32,000 nt of DNA from Geobacter metallireducens GS-15 (GCF_000012925.1 NC_007517.1:2070001-2102000); one strand, 5' to 3'. Positions 6,422 through 14,388 are shown, counted from the stretch's first letter. Notes: generated by a model not told the origin, from the sequence alone. Numbers and translations: made by a program.

Positions 6422-8143
6422 CTATTCAACAAAGGTGACGCGATTGATTTCCCGCAGAGACGTCTCTCCGGCCAAGACCTTTTCCACAGCCGACTCGCGA
6501 AGGAAAACCGTTCCCGCTTCCCGGGCGGCCACCTTGAGTTGGGCAGCCGGCGTCTTAGACATGATCAGTTCACGGATGTGGTCGTTGAGATCAAGCAGCT
6601 CAATTATGGCGGAGCGACCGCGATAACCAGTGCCGTTACACTCGTCGCACCCGCGCGCATCGAAAAAGGTTACGCTGCGACACTGCTCCGGGTCAAGTCC
6701 TGATTCAATGAGTACCGAATCAGGATGCACAGTCGGCAACTTGCAGTGGGAGCAAAGCTTGCGCACCAATCGCTGGGCCATGACGCAGTTCAGGCAGGAA
6801 ACGAAGTTGTAGGGGTCGATACCCATGTGAATAAAACGACCGAGAACGTCAAACACGTTATTGGCGTGTACCGTGGTGAATACCAAGTGTCCCGTCAGTG
6901 CGGATTGCACGGCGATCTGAGCAGTTTCAGGATCGCGGATCTCCCCCACCATGATCTTGTCAGGGTCGTGCCGAAGGATTGAGCGCAATCCCCGGGCAAA
7001 GGTCAGCCCCTTCTTCTCGTTGACCGGAATCTGGACAATCCCCCGCAAGGCATACTCAACAGGATCCTCGATGGTGATGATCTTTTCCTCACCGGTATGA
7101 ATCTCGGTAAGAGCAGCATACAGGGTCGTGGTCTTGCCTGACCCGGTTGGTCCGGTTACTAGCACCATCCCGTAGGGCTCGCGGACCTTTTTCCGCAGTC
7201 TTTTCATCTCCCGCGGGTTCATGCCAAGGGTTTCAAGGGTCAGCCCCTTGAGATCGGAGGCGATGCTCTCCTTGTCGAGGATACGGATAACAGCGTCTTC
7301 TCCGAAGGCGCTCGGCATGATAGAAACGCGGAAATCGATGGCCTTGTCGGCAATCCGGACCTTGAAACGTCCATCCTGGGGAATGCGCCGCTCTGAAATG
7401 TCGAGCTCGCTCATGACCTTGAGGCGTGAGATGATCGGTGCCTGGAAATGGACGTCGAGTGTCTCCGTTGCTCGGTAGAGAACCCCATCGATCCGGTATT
7501 TGATGACAACCCCTTCCAACGCCGTTTCGATATGGATATCGCTTGCCCTTCGCGTCAGGGCATCCATGACGGTAGAGTTGACCAGCTTAATGATCGGGCT
7601 CGTATCGGCGGAGATCTTCTCCATGGAGAGGATCTCCTCACCCGTCTCGTTCTCCCGCACGAGTTGGAGCATGAAGTCCTCGGAAACTTCCTTGAGGACC
7701 CGGCTCGTGGCCTCTCCTTTTTTCAGGATGGCGGAAATCGCCGATTCAGTGGCCAATTTAATGATAAGAGGCCGATCGAGGAGCAGTTCAAGCTCGTCAA
7801 GTTTTATGACATCGGTGGGATCAGAGATGAGGATGACAAGGCTGTTGTCCTGCTCCTCCAAGGGAACAAATCGGAACCGGTAAATGGCATCGGGAGGAAG
7901 CGCGTTGAGAATTGCCTCGTTGGGGCGCAGTCCCCGGGCATCGACGTACTCCAAGCCGAATTGCTCCGCCAGGGACTCCGCCAGGGACTCTTCGGTAATG
8001 AAGCCTTCCTCGACACATATCTCCCCGAAACGCTTTGCGGTCGCCTTCAGTCTTTCGACGACGAAGGGAAGGTCATCGGTTCTCAATGACCCGCGTTCGA
8101 TAAGAATTTCGCCGATATTCTTCCTTTTAAAGACATGCTTCAT
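6422..8143 (-). CDS. gspE: GspE/PilB-family secretion ATPase with N-terminal MshEN-like domain
   Basis: 573 aa. Walker [10 protein letters not shown]. The conserved VGEIRD and TGHLVFTTVHAN boxes are present, as is the tetracysteine zinc motif CSHC...CDEC. The N-terminal tandem 24-residue repeats resemble the MshEN/T2SSE_N domain. Confidence 0.95.
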   Translation of the reverse strand: MKHVFKRKNIGEILIERGSLRTDDLPFVVERLKATAKRFGEICVEEGFITEESLAESLAEQFGLEYVDARGLRPNEAILNALPPDAIYRFRFVPLEEQDNSLVILISDPTDVIKLDELELLLDRPLIIKLATESAISAILKKGEATSRVLKEVSEDFMLQLVRENETGEEILSMEKISADTSPIIKLVNSTVMDALTRRASDIHIETALEGVVIKYRIDGVLYRATETLDVHFQAPIISRLKVMSELDISERRIPQDGRFKVRIADKAIDFRVSIMPSAFGEDAVIRILDKESIASDLKGLTLETLGMNPREMKRLRKKVREPYGMVLVTGPTGSGKTTTLYAALTEIHTGEEKIITIEDPVEYALRGIVQIPVNEKKGLTFARGLRSILRHDPDKIMVGEIRDPETAQIAVQSALTGHLVFTTVHANNVFDVLGRFIHMGIDPYNFVSCLNCVMAQRLVRKLCSHCKLPTVHPDSVLIESGLDPEQCRSVTFFDARGCDECNGTGYRGRSAIIELLDLNDHIRELIMSKTPAAQLKVAAREAGTVFLRESAVEKVLAGETSLREINRVTFVE

Positions 8144-8195
8144 AATGGTTTGATCCGATCAGGCCCTGTGCCCGCAATTAGTCTCCGACCCTTGA

Positions 8196-9404
8196 TTATC
8201 CAACTGTCCCAGCGATCTTGAATACCGGAAGATACATGGTAATGATGATGACGCCGACCACCAGCCCCATGACAATCATAATGGCGGGTTCGATGGCAGT
8301 GGTAAGGAGATGAAGCCGTGCATCGATATCACTTTCAAAATATTCCGAGATGTCGCTCAACATCTCCTCCAGAGATCCGGTCGTCTCTCCTACCCCGAGC
8401 ATGCGGAGCGCCAGAGGTGGCATGAATTTTACCGACTCGATGGCATTGGAGAGGCTCATCCCCTCCTCCACCTTAACAACCGCCTGGAGAAGCCTTCTTT
8501 CGAGAACCACATTATTAAGCGTGCCGACCGACATCTTCAGCGACTCCACGATAGGAATACCGCTGCCGATGACCGTTGCGAGAGTGCGGGTAAAGGAAGC
8601 AACGGCAAACTTCGAGAAAACCTCACCAATAAAAGGGAGGCGAATCCTGAGATCGTCAACCCAGAAGCGCCCCCGCTCGGTTGCGGCCCATCGACGCAGG
8701 GCCATGACAACGGCACCGATCAATGCAATAACAAAGAGAATGTAGTGTTTGAGTGTTGAGGAGAACGAGATCAAAATCCTTGTGGGGAGCGGCAATTGCG
8801 AACCGGCATCGGCATAAACCTGGCTGAAGGTCGGGACCACGTACACCAGCAGGAAAGCAATCGCGATGGTTGCCACGGTAACAAGAATCGATGGATAGAC
8901 GAGGGCTGAGACGAATCTTTTCCGCACTTCCTCTACCCTCTTCAGAAAAGCGATGTAACGCCTGATGGTAAGGGGAAGGTCTCCTGTCCGTTCGCCGGCC
9001 CTGACGGAAGCAACATAGAGATGGGGAAACGCCTTAGGATACTTTTCCAAGGCATCGGAAAGAGCCATGCCTCCTTTGACGTTCTCGCGGACTTCCTTGA
9101 GAATATCCGCGAGTTGCCCTCGATCAAAGCGCTCTAGAATGGTATCCAGTGCTTGTATGATTGGTAGGCCGGCCTTGATGAGAACCAGCAGTTCCTGGTT
9201 CAAGGTCAGAAGGGTCTTGTTGTCCACCCTCCTATTGCGTCCGCCCCTTTCCCACAAAAACTGCAACGGCTTTTTTTTTACTTCAAAGACAAAAAAACCC
9301 TGTTCCTCCAGACTGACGCGAAGGATTTCGGGATTTACCGCTTCAAATTCCTTGACAATGATTCTGCCTTCTGTGGAGCCAAGCTTGCAAGTGTAGAGAG
9401 CCAT
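8196..9404 (-). CDS. gspF: GspF/PilC-family inner-membrane platform protein
   Basis: 402 aa. Duplicated T2SSF-type cytoplasmic domains are separated by hydrophobic segments. The sequence ends in a final TM, IEPAIMIVMGLVVGVIIITMYLPVFKI. ATG start at 9404. Confidence 0.95.
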   Translation of the reverse strand: MALYTCKLGSTEGRIIVKEFEAVNPEILRVSLEEQGFFVFEVKKKPLQFLWERGGRNRRVDNKTLLTLNQELLVLIKAGLPIIQALDTILERFDRGQLADILKEVRENVKGGMALSDALEKYPKAFPHLYVASVRAGERTGDLPLTIRRYIAFLKRVEEVRKRFVSALVYPSILVTVATIAIAFLLVYVVPTFSQVYADAGSQLPLPTRILISFSSTLKHYILFVIALIGAVVMALRRWAATERGRFWVDDLRIRLPFIGEVFSKFAVASFTRTLATVIGSGIPIVESLKMSVGTLNNVVLERRLLQAVVKVEEGMSLSNAIESVKFMPPLALRMLGVGETTGSLEEMLSDISEYFESDIDARLHLLTTAIEPAIMIVMGLVVGVIIITMYLPVFKIAGTVG

Positions 9405-9505
9405 AGGTCTTTCTTAACACAACAGAATCAAAACATAAACAAAAAACCAAATAGATACGCAGTTTTAGCGTATTCTTAACATTCCGTGGCATCAACTATT
9501 GCAGT

Positions 9506-9934
9506 TCATTTTTCGTGACATGATAAACAGATTTTCGACAGGGGAAGACGCAGATGATAACGCTCCTGTTCCTGATTGCCAGGATTCTTAACGTGCATGG
9601 CATGGCAGGTGATGGCACAGGTAATGGTCCCGTCCTCAGCCAAAGGGAGACTTTCTCGGTTCATCTCCGGTTTCATGCCGATGCCGTGGCCGAACTCCAT
9701 GCCGTGACACTGCCTGCAGAGAGCCACCTGGTTGGTGAGGAGCTGTCTTTTGGTTGCATTAGCAACAAAAAAACTTCCCAGTTTTTCCTTGGGGAGTACA
9801 TGGCAGACCCCACAACTCTCGGGAGAGGTGTGGGGATTGACTGCGCCATCCGGAACCTCCGGCGCGGCAATCCCTGTTCCCGAGAGAACAAGCACCGCAA
9901 CGCAAGCCCCAATTCCCTGCTTCACGAATGACAT
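9506..9934 (-). CDS. Small periplasmic/secreted c-type cytochrome, 3 CXXCH plus 1 CX3CH
   Basis: ATG 9934 has a GAGGTG SD 8 nt upstream. Signal peptide MSFVKQGIGACVAVLVLSGTGIA. Heme motifs are CGVCH, CRQCH and CLSCH, plus CAITCH. The track ORF extension to 10003 overlaps the upstream cytochrome gene. Confidence 0.85.
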   Translation of the reverse strand: MSFVKQGIGACVAVLVLSGTGIAAPEVPDGAVNPHTSPESCGVCHVLPKEKLGSFFVANATKRQLLTNQVALCRQCHGMEFGHGIGMKPEMNRESLPLAEDGTITCAITCHAMHVKNPGNQEQERYHLRLPLSKICLSCHEK

Positions 9935-9954
9935 CGCCTGGCACCTCTGTGGGT

Positions 9955-11058
9955 CTAGTAAACCTTGGGATTGTGATCGACACCATGACAGGAAAGGTAG
10001 CATTCGCCCCGGAATGTCGAAATACCCTTCTCTACAAACTTGAGTTGCCCCTGAGAGTTTGGTGACACTACTGATTTATTGAAGGTAATCAGATACTTAT
10101 TATCCGGACTCCCGTGGGAGCTGTGACAGGTATAGCATGAAGTTCCTGAGTCGGCACCGTTTCCACCTCCTCTTCCTTGAATGTGCAAGGCATGGTAACG
10201 GAAGCTCTCGTTTCCGAGAATGCTCGTACGATCGTGACAACGGTAGCAGAGAGCATAGGTATAGGGTGTTTCCGACTGCTTGTCGCTTGTCGAATAATGG
10301 TCCACGAGGATATGTTCATACTGCGAACCATGGGGCCCTCGTGGGGACTCTGGATTCTCGCTCCCATGGCAGTCACCGCATGAAATTGTAGCTACTTCAC
10401 CCGCATTAATTTTCTTTTCTTTGTACGGTTTCAGAAGGCTGATGACCGCCGTATTCTTCCCCTCCCCCTCCACGGGATGAAAGGAAGGATTGGTCAGTGC
10501 AAACTCCATCCGTTTGTTTACTTGCCTCCCTGGCAGGTTGGCACTTTCACCGTGACACTTGTAACAAAGTTCATATTCCTTGTTTACGGACGAAATTACG
10601 TTACCCACCCGCTTTCCCCTGATTCCTGCGAACTTGTTCTCGCTGGTAACGTAATGGGGATTATGGCAATCAACGCACTCGGCGTGGCGTGGGATACGGG
10701 AATCCGTCTCAGGGAGAATCTCGTTGCTTTGGTGAATCCCTCGGGCATCAAACGCCGGATGGTGATAAGTTTTGAGGAACTCCGCTTCAATATTTTTTCT
10801 ATTGCTTCCGGCGGGAGCAAAATTTTTCGGCATATTTTTATATGATTGCTTCAACCTTGAAGGGTCACCATGACAGATTATACAAGTTTCAGGACCACCG
10901 CCCGACTTGAAATTGAAGCTCAGGTGGCAGGTGGAACAACCGGTGGACACCTTATTGGTATCAAGGTGAACTGCATCTTTTGGATAGGATGCAGCGAAAG
11001 GCGCAGGTGACATAAACAACAAAAACGCCAATGTAAGTATAAGATTTTTTATCGCCAT
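9955..11058 (-). CDS. Multiheme c-type cytochrome, 7 CXXCH plus 1 CX3CH
   Basis: 367 aa. Signal peptide MAIKNLILTLAFLLFMSPAPFAA. Motifs are CSTCH, CIICH, CVDCH, CYKCH, CGDCH, CYRCH and CYTCH, plus a terminal CYLSCH. Confidence 0.9.
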   Translation of the reverse strand: MAIKNLILTLAFLLFMSPAPFAASYPKDAVHLDTNKVSTGCSTCHLSFNFKSGGGPETCIICHGDPSRLKQSYKNMPKNFAPAGSNRKNIEAEFLKTYHHPAFDARGIHQSNEILPETDSRIPRHAECVDCHNPHYVTSENKFAGIRGKRVGNVISSVNKEYELCYKCHGESANLPGRQVNKRMEFALTNPSFHPVEGEGKNTAVISLLKPYKEKKINAGEVATISCGDCHGSENPESPRGPHGSQYEHILVDHYSTSDKQSETPYTYALCYRCHDRTSILGNESFRYHALHIQGRGGGNGADSGTSCYTCHSSHGSPDNKYLITFNKSVVSPNSQGQLKFVEKGISTFRGECYLSCHGVDHNPKVY

Positions 11059-11068
11059 TGTTGCTTAC

Positions 11069-11833
11069 TCATGGATTATTCGTGAAATTGTGACAGTTAG
11101 TGCACACCGAGTCGTGGGCATTTGTTGCGGACGTTCCGTCAAGAACCCAGAAAGGCGTGGAAGGATCGTTATACTGCGTCTGATGGGGATCATGACAGGT
11201 TATGCACTGCATCCTGTTTTCTCTATCCAGACGAATTTTAGCATTGGTTGGAAGTTGGTACGAATTACCAGGTCCCTCCAAGACATTGAGCCGATCACGG
11301 ACAGAGGCGTTATACACAAATGAAACCGGATGGTGGGAATTGGTTATCTTTGTTCGGTTAAAAACATGGGTCCCCGACATAACCGTATTGACGTTGTTGT
11401 TCACCTCAATGGCGTCACCGTTCAAAACGGCTCCCAGTGCAGTGACGCCGTCGTGGCAACTTAGACAGAGGCGCGATGAACCATTGGGCTCAGACTTGTA
11501 ATCGCTTGAGGTCTTCGCCGCAGGGTCGGTGTGGATGGCAAGAGTGTTGGATGAATAATGGCCGAAGGTCTGGGTGGTATCGTTACGGTTCCAAAGGACC
11601 GTTTGAGGTTTGGCGTTGTGGGGGGTGTGGCAGAAAATGCAGATTTGCTTGCCCCTTGGATCGGAAGCGTTCGTAGCTTTGTAGTTCACGCCGGTATTGC
11701 TGAACGAGAGGTTATGTTTGTTGCCGCCTTCCGTGAACTTGGGGCCTTGAGCACCAAAACCGGCGCCTGTATCGAAAAAAACAACAATCAGAAACAATAA
11801 AACCGGAAAAAGGTTGTCTGTTTTAACCATCAT
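11069..11833 (-). CDS. Tetraheme c-type cytochrome (doubled-CXXCH style)
   Basis: 254 aa. Hydrophobic signal LFPVLLFLIVVFF. Motifs are CIFCHTPH, CLSCHDG, CITCHDPH and CTNCH. ATG 11833 overlaps the NHL gene stop (ATGA). Confidence 0.9.
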   Translation of the reverse strand: MMVKTDNLFPVLLFLIVVFFDTGAGFGAQGPKFTEGGNKHNLSFSNTGVNYKATNASDPRGKQICIFCHTPHNAKPQTVLWNRNDTTQTFGHYSSNTLAIHTDPAAKTSSDYKSEPNGSSRLCLSCHDGVTALGAVLNGDAIEVNNNVNTVMSGTHVFNRTKITNSHHPVSFVYNASVRDRLNVLEGPGNSYQLPTNAKIRLDRENRMQCITCHDPHQTQYNDPSTPFWVLDGTSATNAHDSVCTNCHNFTNNP

Positions 11834-12891
11834 GGCGTGCCTTGCCTCAGGTACTCAAATATCTGGATACGTTTGTTATACGTGTCGGCAACAAAGATCC
11901 GGTCATGCTTGTCTATGAATAATCCGCTCGGGAGATAGAACTCGCCCGGCCCGTTACCAGGCTTTCCCACGAAAAGGAGGAGTTTCCCTTCCTGATCAAA
12001 TATCTGAAAATTATCGAATGAGGCATCCACAGCATAAACATGAAGTTCGCTGTCCACGGCCACCCCCCGCGGTCGCGCGAATGAACCGGGGGCATCGCCG
12101 ACTTCGCCGAAACTCCTAAGGAAATTTCCATTACGATCATATTTTTTTATAGTGAAGTTCATGGAATCAGTTACGTAGGTGTTTCCTTCCCTATCCACCG
12201 CTACGTTGGACGGCAAGCTGAGTGGCTCGCCACTCCCGTCGCGGGGAAACTCCCCACGATAATGTCCATCCTTGTCAAACTTCTTCAATTTATGTGCCAA
12301 CACATCAACCACATAAACATCACCGTTACCGGCAACAGCAATCCCGGCCGGCCTTTTGAACGTGGTCTCTCCGTTGCCAAACTCCCGAAGGTACTCTCCC
12401 TGGCGCGAAAAAACGTATACCCTGGCATTGATTGAATCAGACACCAGCACATTACCGTTCGAATCAAAGGCCACTCCAACGGGACTTGCGAGCGGCTCGT
12501 CCCCGGCTTGGCGGATGTAGAAAACTTCACGATTATTCAGATCGTAGCACTGTACTACCCGTGTAGAGGAATCCGCAACGCAGAGGAGGGAGCCACCGTC
12601 ACTGGCTAATCCGTATGGCGTCATCAGGGGTATCATCACCCGCTCTTCCCCGGTAACGATTTGCCAAAGGCGCCCAACCTTACTCTGAATCGGCACAATC
12701 TGTTCTGGTCCGGTTATTTCGCGGAGGAATCGGATTCGGGGCGGATTAGGCGGCGGAGGCCAGACAAGGTCAACTGCAGGGTCATGGAGAGCAATGGGGC
12801 TGGTGCCTACTCCAGCACAACCCAGAAGGATGAGACCGAGCAAGAGATATAATAAGTACCGTACAGAACACGAATGAAGAACAGACTTCAT
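11830..12891 (-). CDS. NHL-repeat six-bladed beta-propeller lipoprotein
   Basis: ATG 12891 overlaps the stop of the small upstream ORF (ATGA). It gives the lipoprotein signal MKSVLHSCSVRYLLYLLLGLILLGC. There are six repeats of the type P.GVAVD..GNVYV.D..N.RI..FD: PVGVAFDSNGNVLVSD, PAGIAVAGNGDVYVVD, PSNVAVDREGNTYVTD, PRGVAVDSELHVYAVD, PSGLFIDKHDRIFVAD, plus a degenerate first blade. Confidence 0.85.
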   Translation of the reverse strand: MKSVLHSCSVRYLLYLLLGLILLGCAGVGTSPIALHDPAVDLVWPPPPNPPRIRFLREITGPEQIVPIQSKVGRLWQIVTGEERVMIPLMTPYGLASDGGSLLCVADSSTRVVQCYDLNNREVFYIRQAGDEPLASPVGVAFDSNGNVLVSDSINARVYVFSRQGEYLREFGNGETTFKRPAGIAVAGNGDVYVVDVLAHKLKKFDKDGHYRGEFPRDGSGEPLSLPSNVAVDREGNTYVTDSMNFTIKKYDRNGNFLRSFGEVGDAPGSFARPRGVAVDSELHVYAVDASFDNFQIFDQEGKLLLFVGKPGNGPGEFYLPSGLFIDKHDRIFVADTYNKRIQIFEYLRQGTP

Positions 12892-13073
12892 GCCAGCATC
12901 ATCCCCACAATCCAGATGGTAAAAAAGACGGCCATCGCTCCCCCCCACCCTGCAGCGGCCTTACCGTTCATTGTCCCGCGTTTTGGGAATGCCTTAACAA
13001 TAAGAACCATAGTCGAGGCTATCCATCCCCACAAACCAACCTGACAGATAACTGCCCAGCCATCATGCAGCAT
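12888..13073 (-). CDS. Small two-TM membrane protein (61 aa), function unknown
   Basis: Two hydrophobic helices, WAVICQVGLWGWIASTMVLIV and GWGGAMAVFFTIWIVGMMLA. An AGGGGGGA SD-like run lies upstream of ATG 13073. It overlaps the GT2 stop by 11 nt and the NHL start by 4 nt, so it is embedded in a coupled chain. I recognise no family. Confidence 0.45.
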   Translation of the reverse strand: MLHDGWAVICQVGLWGWIASTMVLIVKAFPKRGTMNGKAAAGWGGAMAVFFTIWIVGMMLA

Positions 13074-13803
13074 GGCGGTCCCCCCTGCGAGTCAGCTTTT
13101 TGACCAATGAACCTAGCTTTAACTTCCAGACCATCAAGACGGCTTCCCGGACAATCTTCTTCGACATTTTGGAACTTCCCGCATGACGGTCAATGAAGAT
13201 AATCGGAATCTCGCCGACACGGAAACCTCGCTCGACGCAACGGTAGTTCATCTCAATCTGGAATGAGTATCCGTCGGACCGTATCGTATCCAAGTCGACG
13301 GATTCAATAACTCGACGTCGGAAGCACTTGAAGCCGCTGGTGCAGTCTCGAAGCGCAAGCCCGGTTACGAATCGTGTGTAGACACTTGCGAAGTAGCTGA
13401 GCATCAGTCGTCTGATGGGCCAATTGACAACACTTACGCCGTTCAGATAGCGAGATCCAACCACAACGTCATACTTGTCCGTAGCGGCAAGGAGCGCTGG
13501 AATAGTTGCCGGGTCGTGGGAAAAGTCGGCATCCATTTCGATGATGAAATCGGCCCCATCCCTCAAAGCCACTCTGAATCCGTCACAATAGGCTGAGCCA
13601 AGCCCCATTTTACCAGAACGGCGGAGCACGTGGATACGTGGATTGTCACTACTCATCCGGGCAGCGATTTCTCCCGTGCCGTCCGGAGAATTATCATCCA
13701 CCACCAGGACATGTATGTTGTCACGCTGAGCCAGTATCTTCTCCATAAGTGCAACGATATTGTCACTCTCGTTATAGGTTGGTACGACGACATATACCTT
13801 CAC
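13063..13803 (-). CDS. Family-2 glycosyltransferase, polyprenol-phosphate mannose/glucose synthase (DPM1/Ppm1)-like
   Basis: VVPTYNESDNI, VVDDNSPDGT and EMDADFSHDP motifs indicate a GT-A fold. I chose GTG 13803 because GGAGGGAG lies 8 nt upstream. The track start is GTG 13821, 6 codons longer. Confidence 0.88.
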   Translation of the reverse strand: MKVYVVVPTYNESDNIVALMEKILAQRDNIHVLVVDDNSPDGTGEIAARMSSDNPRIHVLRRSGKMGLGSAYCDGFRVALRDGADFIIEMDADFSHDPATIPALLAATDKYDVVVGSRYLNGVSVVNWPIRRLMLSYFASVYTRFVTGLALRDCTSGFKCFRRRVIESVDLDTIRSDGYSFQIEMNYRCVERGFRVGEIPIIFIDRHAGSSKMSKKIVREAVLMVWKLKLGSLVKKLTRRGDRHAA

Positions 13804-13973
13804 CTGATTTTCTCCCTCCACAAAATACGCTGGTTCAGATACGTTATTCCCATGCTGCCGCCGCTAGCAAACCGGACGCCCATACAAATAAATTTTGTTT
13901 GCAGGATAGAGAATTATGTTTCAGCAGGTCAACTGAATGAAAATAACACAGGATCTATATAAAAATAAGCAAC

Positions 13974-14007
13974 AAAAAAAGGCCATGCGATGCATGACCT
14001 TTTTTTG
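13974..14007 (-). terminator. Rho-independent terminator after the tRNA-Asp/Val/Asp operon (looks bidirectional)
   Basis: The sequence aaaaaaa-ggccatgc-gat-gcatgacc-ttttttt forms an 8-bp stem with one mismatch, flanked by A7 and T7. It sits immediately 3' of tRNA-Asp at 14012. Confidence 0.7.
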
Positions 14008-14011
14008 CAGA

Positions 14012-14088
<77 letters not shown>

Positions 14089-14149
14089 AAACTATTCAAC
14101 TGTTTACTTCAGTAATGCCGTACTGAATAAGTCTCCTTACGACATTATG

Positions 14150-14225
14150 TGGTGGGCGAAGAGGGGATCGAACCCCCGACATCCAGCTTGTAAGGCTGGC
14201 GCTCTCCCAGCTGAGCTATTCGCCC
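14150..14225 (-). tRNA. tRNA-Val (TAC), encoded CCA
   Basis: The reverse complement is GGGCGAATAGCTCAGCTGGGAGAGCGCCAGCCTTACAAGCTGGATGTCGGGGGTTCGATCCCCTCTTCGCCCACCA. The anticodon loop is CTTACAA. Confidence 0.95.
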
Positions 14226-14232
14226 TTATATT

Positions 14233-14309
<77 letters not shown>

Positions 14310-14388
14310 AAATATAAGTAAGAACAATGAACTAACCACTTAAAATAACGTCAGTTCCGACAACAAAGCCCTTACAAAACGGATTTTG

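Noticed and set aside
9455-9473. Recurrence of the hexamer GCGTAT/ATACGC (also at 25634-25643, 25689-25695 and about 26964) as a possible shared regulator site
   Set aside because: A 6-mer is expected roughly a dozen or more times by chance in 32 kb on two strands. The contexts and spacings differ, so I cannot support a common motif without a genome-wide count.
9487-9503. Sigma54-like TGGCAT-N-TTGCA motif on the plus strand
   Set aside because: The GG-to-GC spacing is one nucleotide longer than the strict -24/-12 spacing. The motif also points antisense into the cytochrome gene, with no plus-strand gene to drive.
13800-13853. 17-codon upstream ORF (MGITYLNQRILWREKIR) whose TGA overlaps the GT2 GTG start
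   Set aside because: There is no SD before its ATG and no recognisable leader-peptide logic. A short ORF of this size is expected by chance.
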